Of a DNA stretch of 64,000 nucleotides, positions 55,941-64,000 are shown one piece after another (position 1 is the stretch's first letter; every line of letters begins with the position of its first letter). A program made the translations under genes and the position numbers. The notes beneath the pieces are model-generated. The model had not been told where the DNA came from, searched no databases, and saw only the letters and a program-made list of their open reading frames with translations. Source of the stretch: Armatimonadota bacterium (lineage in GTDB: Bacteria; Armatimonadota; Fimbriimonadia; Fimbriimonadales; GBS-DC); the NCBI GenBank assembly GCA_037445735.1, contig JBBIJY010000003.1:92842-156841 (forward strand). Direction: 5' to 3'.

Positions 55941-58040
55941 TTATCTATCAGAGCCGAGACCGAGCTGGCTCTCGCTCGGGCGGTCGTTGCGCAGGCTCCA
56001 GATAATCCAGTTGCGCGTGTTGCCCGCAAAGTCGAGTTGTGGGGGATAGGAGTCCTGCCCGCCACCATCGAGAAAGAGAGCGAGGCAGAGCGCGCGCTCG
56101 CGCAGGGTGCCCCGGCTGGAGGCGTTCGCTCGACCCATATTGGCGCTGTTGGCGCGGACGCGATACTGATCCTCGCCCCTGAGGTCGATGAAGATGCCGA
56201 TGCCGTTTGCGTTCGCGCCGCCGAGCGCGAGGCTGGGCGCGTCATACTGGTCGTCGCCGTCCGCCTCATAGAGATAGCCGATGGAGAAGTCGTGTCCCGC
56301 GCCCATCGCCATGTTGAACGCGGCGAGGTAGCGGTCGTTGCCGAGCCGATCTTCGAGGTAGCCAATCGCGAAGTGGGCAGCGGCGCCCTGCACATACCAT
56401 GCGCCCTCGCGCGTGTCGTTGCCCTGCAGGTCGATCAGCCAGCCTGTGCCGCCCCAGTAGCCTGCGCCCTGCCCGAACACGCCGCACCGATAGAGGTCAT
56501 CGCCCTGAATATCGAGCAGGGCACCGATGCCGCCCGCCAGCGAGTGCCCGTCGCTGAAATCGGCGCGGCGACCCATACCACAGCCCTGCGCGAGGCTCGT
56601 GTTGCGCTCCTTCGTCTGGGGCGAGGGGAAGTCCAGCGGCTGATCGAAAGCGATATACTGGTCGTTGCCTAATGCATCGATGAGAAAGCCTGCACCACGC
56701 ACGCCGCCGAATCCCTGCCCCTGATAGAAGCAGCCGTATCGGTCCGTGCCGTTGCGGTCGATCAGCAGTCCGACGCCGGCGAAGCCCGCGCCCTCGGTGA
56801 AGGCATAGCCGTCATAGGTGTCGTTGCCCTGCAGGTCAATCAGTGCGCCGACGCCGAATCGAGCCGCGCCCAGCCCCGCCGACGCCGTGCGATAGAGATC
56901 GTCGCCCGCCATATCGATCAGATAGGCGTAGCCCAGCACCGCGCCGCCGAACGCCATATCGCCCGCCTTCATGCGGTTCGGCTGCTCGGCAATCGGGGTC
57001 CTGAGCGCCTGCGCGTCCGCGCCGTACTGGTCGTCGCCCTCCAGGTCAATCAGCCATGAGACGGCGTTCGCCAGCGACAGATTAGCCGCGCCGCCGTAGT
57101 AGGTATCGTTGCCGCCGGTGTCGATAATGAGCAAATAGGGCAGGCGTGGATAGGTGTCGTTGGCGCCGCCGCAGAGTCGGACACGCCCCCAGGGCGTGTC
57201 GACGGTGAACTCAAAAGGCTGTTTGAGGCTCTCGCGTGTGGTGGCGTCCAGCTTCTGGAAGGCATCCATCACCTGCTGGGCGGCAAGCAGACCATCGTGC
57301 CCGCCCGCCAGCAGCCGTTGCAGGTCGATGCGTGTGAGCGCGCGCTCGATCAGCTGGCTCGCGCCGTCCGGTCGGTCGTTGCCCAGCTCCCGCTCCGCAT
57401 CGGCAACAGGCAGGGTCAGCAGGCGGAACAGCTCGTTCTGGCTCTCCACCTCCCTGAGTGCCGAATCGCGCCAGCGACGAATCTGGATGGCGGTGAGCAG
57501 CAGGAACGCCGCCTGCTGCTGCACAACGGCAGGCACCTGATTGATGGCGCGGAGTTGCTGGCGCACCGCTTGCGGCACGGGTGTGTTCGCCTCGCGATAG
57601 AGGGCGAGGATGGCTTGCTCCAGCGCGTCAGGGCGCTGGCTCTGCTGGCGCAGGCTCTCTAACGGGTCGCTTAGCAGCGTGCGGCGCGTGCCCGCGCCCA
57701 GCAGGTTGCCCCCGAACTCGACGCCCAGCGCAGGCTGGGCTATCGCGGTGGTCAGCCCGTTGCGCAACCGCTCCGCATAATAGGGCAGGCGCAACGGCTC
57801 GCGGATACACATGCGGAAAAAGGGCGTGATATATGCACTGTTGAAAAAGTAGTCGAACAGCTCGGCGTCGAAGCGCACCTCTTCCGGTTTCAGGTTCGCC
57901 TGTGCCAGCACGGGCGCGAATAGCGCATCGGTCGGCGTCCCCGTCGCAGGCTGGGATTCGTCGCCAGTGGCGTGCAGGGCGCACAAAGTTAGCAGCAGCG
58001 CGAGCCAGCCCTTGCCGGGAATGCCGATTCGTATCTGCAT
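55941..58040 (-). CDS. Exported protein with repeated D.xGnD.Y beta-solenoid/Ca-binding-like motifs
   Basis: Signal peptide; more than ten G.L.D..G.D.Y repeats. Confidence 0.8.
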   Translation of the reverse strand: MQIRIGIPGKGWLALLLTLCALHATGDESQPATGTPTDALFAPVLAQANLKPEEVRFDAELFDYFFNSAYITPFFRMCIREPLRLPYYAERLRNGLTTAIAQPALGVEFGGNLLGAGTRRTLLSDPLESLRQQSQRPDALEQAILALYREANTPVPQAVRQQLRAINQVPAVVQQQAAFLLLTAIQIRRWRDSALREVESQNELFRLLTLPVADAERELGNDRPDGASQLIERALTRIDLQRLLAGGHDGLLAAQQVMDAFQKLDATTRESLKQPFEFTVDTPWGRVRLCGGANDTYPRLPYLLIIDTGGNDTYYGGAANLSLANAVSWLIDLEGDDQYGADAQALRTPIAEQPNRMKAGDMAFGGAVLGYAYLIDMAGDDLYRTASAGLGAARFGVGALIDLQGNDTYDGYAFTEGAGFAGVGLLIDRNGTDRYGCFYQGQGFGGVRGAGFLIDALGNDQYIAFDQPLDFPSPQTKERNTSLAQGCGMGRRADFSDGHSLAGGIGALLDIQGDDLYRCGVFGQGAGYWGGTGWLIDLQGNDTREGAWYVQGAAAHFAIGYLEDRLGNDRYLAAFNMAMGAGHDFSIGYLYEADGDDQYDAPSLALGGANANGIGIFIDLRGEDQYRVRANSANMGRANASSRGTLRERALCLALFLDGGGQDSYPPQLDFAGNTRNWIIWSLRNDRPSESQLGLGSDR

Positions 58041-58056
58041 GGGAACGCTATTCGTG

Positions 58057-60012
58057 CTACGGTGCGCCTTTTCCTGTCAGCTGCTGGATGGCTTCGACGC
58101 TGCGCGGGTTCTCCAGCGCGCTGAGGTCGCCCGTTGGCTCGCCCAGATAGGCAGCGCGGATCACGCGCCGCATGATTTTGGCGTTGCGCGTTTTGGGCAG
58201 TTCGGGCACGGCGTGGATCGCTCTGGGCATCAGCGGCTTGCCCATGCGCTGGGCGACCAGCAGGAGCAGTTCCTGCGCGAGCGCGTCGCTCCAGGTGTAG
58301 CCGGGCTTCAGCACGACGAAGGCGACCGCCGCCTGACCCTTGATTTCGTCGGGCACGCCAATCACGCCCGCCTCCACCACCGCTGGATGCTCCACCAGCA
58401 CGCTCTCAATCTCGGCGGGACCGACCCGCTTGCCCGCGATTTTGAGCGTGTCATCGGCGCGACCGAGTATGTACCAGTAGCCATCCGAATCGATCAGGCA
58501 CAGGTCGCCGTGATCCCACACATTTGCCCAGCGGCTCCAGTAGGTGTCGAGATAGCGCTCTCTGTCGCGCCAGAATCCGCGCGTCATACCGGGGTTCACA
58601 TTGCGCACGACGAGGTAGCCGACCTCGCCCTGCACGGGTTCACCCTGCTCGTTGAACGCGGCAGCGTCCACGCCGGGCACAACCGTGTTGAAACTGCACG
58701 GTTTGAGCGGTCGCAGCACCACACAGCCGAGGATGCCACCCGAAATCTCGGTGCCGCCCGAGTAGTTGATGATGGGCGCGCGCCGCTTGCCCACATGCTC
58801 CAGCGTCCACAGCCACGGCTCCGGGTTCCACGGCTCGCCTGTGGAGCCGAGCAGTCGCAGGCTGGGCATCGGGTGGCGGTCGGCATAGTCCGCGCTCTCG
58901 CGCATCAGCGCGCGAATAAGCGTCGGCGTGATGCCCAGCACGCTGACGCCGTGCCGCTCCACCATCTCCCACAGGCGGTCCGGCGCGGGATAGTCGGGCG
59001 AGCCGTCGTACATGAACACCGTCGCGCCCAGTATCAACCCGCCCATAATCAGCCATGGTCCCATCATCCAGCCGATGTCGGTCACCCAGCTGATGGTGTC
59101 GGTCGGCTTCAGGTCAAACAGGTGATACATGTCCTGCGCCGCCTTGACAGGAAAGCCGGCATGCACATGGAACGCCGCTTTCGGTCTGCCCGTGGTGCCG
59201 GAGGTGTAAATCATCATGCAGGGTTGGTCGCTGTCAAAAGCGGGCGCTTCAAAATCGCCGGGTTGCAGCAGCTCGGTATATCGGATTTCGCGCTGGGGGT
59301 TGAGCGTCAGCTCGCGCCCGCTGCGCTCCACCACGATCACGCGCTCGACGGTGGGGGTTGCCTCCAGCGCGGCATCGGCGACCTCCTTCATCGGCACAGT
59401 TTTGCCGCGTCGGGGGAACCCATCCGCCACGAACAGCCAGCGCGCCTCTGCGTCCTGCAGGCGCGTCTGAACAGGCTCTGGTCCGAACCCGGAGAAGAGC
59501 GGGAGCGCGATCGCACCGATTCGCGATAGCGCCAGCAGTGCAATCGCCACTTCGGGCGTAAACGGCAGGAACAGCCCCACGCGGTCGCCCGCCTGCACGC
59601 CCAGCGCTTGCAAACCACGCGCGAGCGCGTTCACCTCCTCCAGTAGCTGGCGATAGGTGTAGCGGCGGATGGTGCCCTCCTCGCCCTCCCACACGAGTGC
59701 CAGCCGCTCACCGCTGCCCGCTCGCACATGGCGATCGAGCGCGTTATAAGTCCAGTTCAGCCTGCCGCTCACGAACCATCGCGCCCACGGCTTGCCCTCG
59801 CTGAGGTCCACCGTGCGCTGATACGGCGTGTGCCAGTGGAAGCCGATATCATCGAAGAAGGCTCTCCAGAACCAGTCGGGGTCGTCGATGGAGCGTTGCA
59901 GGAACGCCTCATAGGAGGCGATTCCATAGCGGCGCATCTGCGCGGTGAGGTTCGCCTGCTCAATCAGCCCGGCACCGGGCGTCCACGCAATCGGCAGATT
60001 GAACTCCTGCAT
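58057..60012 (-). CDS. Acetyl-CoA synthetase-like AMP-binding enzyme
   Basis: YTSGTTGRPK, DIGWMMGP, STGEPWN, YSGGTE, GR.DD..KIAGKR.GPAEIE, LPKTRNAKIMRR; GGAGGG RBS. Confidence 0.92.
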   Translation of the reverse strand: MQEFNLPIAWTPGAGLIEQANLTAQMRRYGIASYEAFLQRSIDDPDWFWRAFFDDIGFHWHTPYQRTVDLSEGKPWARWFVSGRLNWTYNALDRHVRAGSGERLALVWEGEEGTIRRYTYRQLLEEVNALARGLQALGVQAGDRVGLFLPFTPEVAIALLALSRIGAIALPLFSGFGPEPVQTRLQDAEARWLFVADGFPRRGKTVPMKEVADAALEATPTVERVIVVERSGRELTLNPQREIRYTELLQPGDFEAPAFDSDQPCMMIYTSGTTGRPKAAFHVHAGFPVKAAQDMYHLFDLKPTDTISWVTDIGWMMGPWLIMGGLILGATVFMYDGSPDYPAPDRLWEMVERHGVSVLGITPTLIRALMRESADYADRHPMPSLRLLGSTGEPWNPEPWLWTLEHVGKRRAPIINYSGGTEISGGILGCVVLRPLKPCSFNTVVPGVDAAAFNEQGEPVQGEVGYLVVRNVNPGMTRGFWRDRERYLDTYWSRWANVWDHGDLCLIDSDGYWYILGRADDTLKIAGKRVGPAEIESVLVEHPAVVEAGVIGVPDEIKGQAAVAFVVLKPGYTWSDALAQELLLLVAQRMGKPLMPRAIHAVPELPKTRNAKIMRRVIRAAYLGEPTGDLSALENPRSVEAIQQLTGKGAP

Positions 60013-60104
60013 CGTCGCTGCCCTCCAGTGAAGAGGATACCCGATGGTGTTCGCGAAATCGGGCGTGAGAGCGCCCCGTTCCAAATAAGGTACAATATCA
60101 ACCG

Positions 60105-61016
60105 ATGAGCTTTCAGGAGCTGCTGATGCGGCTGGAGCGGTTCTGGGCGGACTACGGCTGCCTGATTCTGCAGCCGTATGACCTGGAGGTGGGCGCGGGC
60201 ACGATGGCGCCTGCCACCGCCCTGCGCGCGCTGGGCCCCGAACCGTGGAATGTCGCCTACGCGCAACCGACACGCCGACCCGCCGACGGACGCTACGCCC
60301 GCAACCCCATGCGGCTGCAACACTACTATCAGTATCAGGTCATTCTCAAGCCGTCGCCCGACGATGTGGTCGATGTCTATTTAGAGAGCCTGCGTGCGCT
60401 GGGCATCCAGCCTGAAGAGCATGACATCCGCTTCGTGGAGGACGACTGGGAAGCCCCGACGCTGGGCGCGTCGGGCGTCGGCTGGGAAGTGTGGCTCAAC
60501 GGCACCGAAATCACCCAGTTCACCTTCTTCCAGCAGGTGGGCGGCATCGAGTGCGACCCCGTGTGCGCCGAAATCACCTACGGTCCCGAACGGCTCGCCA
60601 TGCTTATCCAGAAAAAAAACAGCGTGTGGGAGCTGGAGTGGGGACACGGGATCACCTACGCCGAAGTGGACTATCAGGCGGAACTGGAGCATAACTACTA
60701 CAACTTCGAAGAAGCCGACACCGCCATGCTGTTCCAGCTGTTCGAAATGTACGAGCGGGAGAGCCAGCGGATTGCCGAGCGCGGGCTGGTTCATCCCGCG
60801 TTCGACCTGGCGCTCAAATGCTCGCATATTTTCAACCTGCTGGACGCGCGGGGCAGCATCTCGGTGACGGAGCGCGCCAGCTATATTCAGCGCATTCGCG
60901 CCCTCGCCCGCGCCTGCTGCCTGAAATATCTCGAACAGCGCGAAGCGGAGGGCTTCCCCCTCCTCCAGAAAGGCTGGCAAACGCAGCCCCGCGTGATCAG
61001 GATAGAAGCAAAGTGA
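60105..61016 (+). CDS. glyQ: Glycine-tRNA ligase alpha subunit
   Basis: [68 protein letters not shown]. Confidence 0.98.
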   Translation: MSFQELLMRLERFWADYGCLILQPYDLEVGAGTMAPATALRALGPEPWNVAYAQPTRRPADGRYARNPMRLQHYYQYQVILKPSPDDVVDVYLESLRALGIQPEEHDIRFVEDDWEAPTLGASGVGWEVWLNGTEITQFTFFQQVGGIECDPVCAEITYGPERLAMLIQKKNSVWELEWGHGITYAEVDYQAELEHNYYNFEEADTAMLFQLFEMYERESQRIAERGLVHPAFDLALKCSHIFNLLDARGSISVTERASYIQRIRALARACCLKYLEQREAEGFPLLQKGWQTQPRVIRIEAK

Positions 61017-61112
61017 AAAAGCCTATGCGCGAGTTCGGTTGAAAAGGAACGGCTTCAGCTGCTCTGTTGCAAAGATACCGGACTGCCTGCGCTGTACCGC
61101 TCCCGCAGGGCG

Positions 61113-61342
61113 CCTATCGGGTCTCGCTGCAGCCAGCGGGCGGTGCGAGGGTCATATTCACGGGCGCCGACATGATACAACCCCGTGAACGGGATAAACT
61201 CGTACCCATACGCCCCGTTCCAGGTGAAGGGGTTCGGCGTGTCGCCTGCCTGCTCGATCAGATTGCCCCAGCTATCATAAGTGTAGTGGTCGGTTATTAT
61301 CCCGTTCGGCGCAACCAGCGCCCGCACATGTCCCAACAACCT
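61113..61342 (-). pseudogene. Rhs core fragment, truncated after DPIG
   Basis: LGHVRAL..YTYDSWG..NPFTWNGAYGY..LYHVGAREYDPRTARWLQRDPIG, then homology is lost. Confidence 0.85.
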
Positions 61343-61792
61343 CTACCTGTTGTCCAAAAACACTTTCAGCCACTCAGTCAACTCCTCACCTGCTCGCTTC
61401 GGCACTCGGTACCACCAGAAGCGTTCACGAGGCTCAAAAACAGGGTATGAAATCGGGATTGGAACTTCAATAGTTGCTCGCACAAACCGCTCATCCATTG
61501 GAGCCACCAACTCAGCATACGCTTTTCGCCCCGAGTCTGTGAGCAGTTGCATCACCTCATCAATCTCATCACGCCACATTATGTCATTTTCATAGTCATA
61601 AATAGTAAGATTATATCCACGCTCGATGTGCGCGACAACATCAGACCAGTTTTCGAGCAGGTCGAGCAGATAGGACTCAGGCTCTCCTGAAGGCGCAACC
61701 TCATTTCCCTCTAAATCCACCCATTGTTTTTGGGACACCCAAGAACGAATGCGCTCCCTATCTTCTGGGGTAAGGGTCAGCTTGTATCGCAT
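61343..61792 (-). CDS. Putative immunity protein
   Basis: Acidic 149-aa ORF starting 11 nt after an Rhs toxin stop; AT-richer DNA. Confidence 0.72.
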   Translation of the reverse strand: MRYKLTLTPEDRERIRSWVSQKQWVDLEGNEVAPSGEPESYLLDLLENWSDVVAHIERGYNLTIYDYENDIMWRDEIDEVMQLLTDSGRKAYAELVAPMDERFVRATIEVPIPISYPVFEPRERFWWYRVPKRAGEELTEWLKVFLDNR

Positions 61793-61803
61793 GTTTATCC
61801 CGC

Positions 61804-62595
61804 CTATCGCTTGTCTTTGTCCAGTTGTCTCTGCCAGTACCTTCGCGCCTTCGCTACATCCACAGCTCCTCTGCGGGGATTATACCCTGGATTGAAGTAG
61901 GTACGGACTGTCGAACAATCATTCGCCACAACAGCAAATTCTCCCGTCCTCGGATCGAAGAAAAGAATATCGCCATTTCCTCGGATATGAGCCTCAATCC
62001 CCTCGCGACCAATGAACGATCGCGCCCTCATGAGATAGTCTTCTGCACTTGTCGCCCCAACCTCACGACCATGCCTTGCGAAATGGTCAAGGAGCTTCTC
62101 TTTGCTCGCAAAACGCAGGTTTGGGAGATGTATTACAGCGCGCGCTGTCCCCTTTGCTACCGTTATCAGTGCCCGACAATCCACCGCACCCCGAACCAGA
62201 CGCGCCCCGACCATCCCCGCACGGGCAGCACCCACCACCGTCCGACTTGACCCTAAAGTCGCCACATCCACAACCAAACTCACGGCGCCCACGCCCACGC
62301 GCACCCAGTCGCCCTCCGCAATTCCTTTGCCAATATCCCACAAAGCACCGACCACAGGTATGAAGCCAATCCCGATGTCCAACAGGGTGCCTGCATCGGG
62401 ACCTAAGCCTGAGGGGTCAGCGTGATTGAGGGGGTCATTCCCACAATACCGATACAGGTTCGGGCCGCCGGAGGCGGCGTCTATCGGGTCGCGCTGCAGC
62501 CAGCGGGCGGTGCGGGGGTCATACGCGCGAGCGCCGACATGGTACAAGCCAACCTCCGGTATCCACTCATACCCATACGCCCCGTTCCAGGTGAA
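61804..62595 (-). CDS. Orphan Rhs C-terminal toxin cassette (HFxxHG, probable RNase)
   Basis: Rhs core end ..PLNHADPSGL then LLDHFARHG...YL..A...GD..FDP.T.EF.V...VRTYF.P; no proper start codon (reading frame open upstream of TTG 62547). Confidence 0.82.
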   Translation of the reverse strand, partial: FTWNGAYGYEWIPEVGLYHVGARAYDPRTARWLQRDPIDAASGGPNLYRYCGNDPLNHADPSGLGPDAGTLLDIGIGFIPVVGALWDIGKGIAEGDWVRVGVGAVSLVVDVATLGSSRTVVGAARAGMVGARLVRGAVDCRALITVAKGTARAVIHLPNLRFASKEKLLDHFARHGREVGATSAEDYLMRARSFIGREGIEAHIRGNGDILFFDPRTGEFAVVANDCSTVRTYFNPGYNPRRGAVDVAKARRYWQRQLDKDKR

Positions 62596-62629
62596 AGCGA
62601 ATCGATCTATATTCGCTTCTTCCTCTACA

Positions 62630-63184
62630 CTACGCGGAAATAGGCGATATCGTTCCCGTAGAAAGGTCTATGGCAACAGTTGGCGAGTCCATCATTTCTA
62701 TAATCAGTTGATCATCAGCTATCCTATAGTCAATGATAATATCTTTGTCATACTGCCATAAGTACCGACCATCACAGGACAAGGCTATTACGCCGATTTC
62801 ATAAAGAACTAGAATCACTGACCTGCCTGGAATGGTTAAAAACCTGTAGAAAGGGGCTACCAAATCCACTGTAAACTGCACTTTCATATCCACGATGCTA
62901 AAAGCAACTACCTCGCGGTTAAAACCAAACATTAACATATCGCTTTCCAACAACAAGAGCATCTGCGGAGTCAACCCATACCCTTCCGAGCAAATTCCTA
63001 TTCCAAAACGAGTTCCTTTTGATCCTAAGTAGAGGGTAGCGGTGTAAAACTCCACCCCTAACTCTGCACCCTCGCCTAATAGGATATTACCCGCCGTACA
63101 ATCAGTACGCAGGTAGCGAACCATTTGCTCACGGCTATCCCATCGGTTGACCTCTATCAAGTGTTCTCCAAAAGCGATATGCAT
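62630..63184 (-). CDS. Putative immunity protein
   Basis: ATG 1 nt after the toxin TAA; AT-rich. Confidence 0.72.
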   Translation of the reverse strand: MHIAFGEHLIEVNRWDSREQMVRYLRTDCTAGNILLGEGAELGVEFYTATLYLGSKGTRFGIGICSEGYGLTPQMLLLLESDMLMFGFNREVVAFSIVDMKVQFTVDLVAPFYRFLTIPGRSVILVLYEIGVIALSCDGRYLWQYDKDIIIDYRIADDQLIIEMMDSPTVAIDLSTGTISPISA

Positions 63185-63185
63185 T

Positions 63186-63974
63186 TTATCGCCCTCCTCC
63201 GAGGATATACACTGTGAGCAACTTGTTTCCTTCCCAGATGGTCACCAGCTTACAGCCTCCCTTTGGTCCCATCAAGAGAGACTCGCGAATCGTGCGACCA
63301 TTCCGAACCTCAACGATATTATTTGGATCATTGAGTACCATTGTCAGGTGTTGCTCTATATATTCACGATTAGCGGGAGTATCATTCAGTCCTATTCTCT
63401 GGAGTTGTCGCAGCATATCCCTACTTCTCTGGATATTGTGTACAGATCCAGCCGCTTTTCCAAAAATGAAGTCAAGTTTCCTTCCTAACTCAGGTATTTT
63501 TAGCCCTGCCAATCTGGCAGCTTCATCAAAGGGAACAGCAAACAGTAAAAGTGAGACCAACGCAAGCACCTTCGTTCTCAAATCTGGTGCTTCACATGCA
63601 TTTGCTACATCATTAAGCGGGTTAACTGCTAACCAAGCCTCCCCACCTACCTTCATGGGCTGGAGAACTCGTTTATCTACCTCACCAATTGCCCGCATGT
63701 AGGTTTTCTTATAAAAGAGCGGACGTCCTTCTTCATCAATCGGATTACCATAAAGATCGTCCTCCTGCAAACCAGACGGATCAACCGACATTAAAGGGTT
63801 GTTCAAGCAATACAGGTAAAGGTTCGCATTGCCTCCGCCGATACCTATCGGGTCTCTTTGCAGCCAGCGGGCGGTGCGGGGGTCATACACACGGGCGCCG
63901 ACATGGTACAACCCTGTCTCAGGTATCCACTCATACCCATACGCGCCGTTCCAGGTAAACAGATTGCGGGTCAT
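63186..63974 (-). CDS. Orphan Rhs C-terminal toxin cassette
   Basis: FTWNGAYGY..YDPRTARWLQRDPIG..NPLMSVDPSGL followed by a distinct tip (KLDFIFGK..HNIQRS..RESLLMGP.G). Confidence 0.82.
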   Translation of the reverse strand: MTRNLFTWNGAYGYEWIPETGLYHVGARVYDPRTARWLQRDPIGIGGGNANLYLYCLNNPLMSVDPSGLQEDDLYGNPIDEEGRPLFYKKTYMRAIGEVDKRVLQPMKVGGEAWLAVNPLNDVANACEAPDLRTKVLALVSLLLFAVPFDEAARLAGLKIPELGRKLDFIFGKAAGSVHNIQRSRDMLRQLQRIGLNDTPANREYIEQHLTMVLNDPNNIVEVRNGRTIRESLLMGPKGGCKLVTIWEGNKLLTVYILGGGR

Positions 63975-64000
63975 GTTTGTTTAGAACCTTATCGTATCCG

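Noticed and set aside
57967-59529. Long antisense ORFs (also 22900-24291, 37221-38717, 26347-27519, 50918-52381)
   Set aside because: Shadow or alternative frames of well-supported genes in GC-rich DNA; no recognisable motifs

Overview
GC-rich bacterial chromosomal window. The lineage is probably a thermophilic Armatimonadota-type diderm; this is an inference from the UBact gene, the C-terminal 'DDADLLxVLFNFGxxC' dockerin-like tails and a TonB-dependent receptor. Core content: ruvA, ccmE/ccmF, a UBact-proteasome operon (dop-ubact-prcB-prcA-pafA), a KimA-like permease plus USP, purC, a GH116 hydrolase, cdaA/cdaR, the RNase P RNA, mqnD, an acyl-CoA synthetase and glyQ. Accessory content: (i) a visibly AT-richer island at about 28.0-35.7 kb. 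An ECF sigma gene ends in a G10 tract shared with a large Cys-rich HExxH protein gene, followed by non-canonical Rhs/YD cassettes whose variable tips are disulfide-rich mini-domains (a perfectly symmetric 10-Cys ladder and a tandem defensin-like CS-alpha-beta pair), each followed by an exported partner gene. This is the best candidate for an undescribed system. (ii) A CHAT-protease/anti-sigma/ECF/WD40 locus. (iii) A receiver-TBDR-binding protein-histidine kinase operon invaded by palindromic repeats. (iv) A MerR-thioredoxin fusion with a zntA-like operator. (v) A VapBC pair, a truncated methyltransferase, and a canonical Rhs orphan toxin-immunity array running off the right end. All calls come from reading motifs by eye; no database searches were run.
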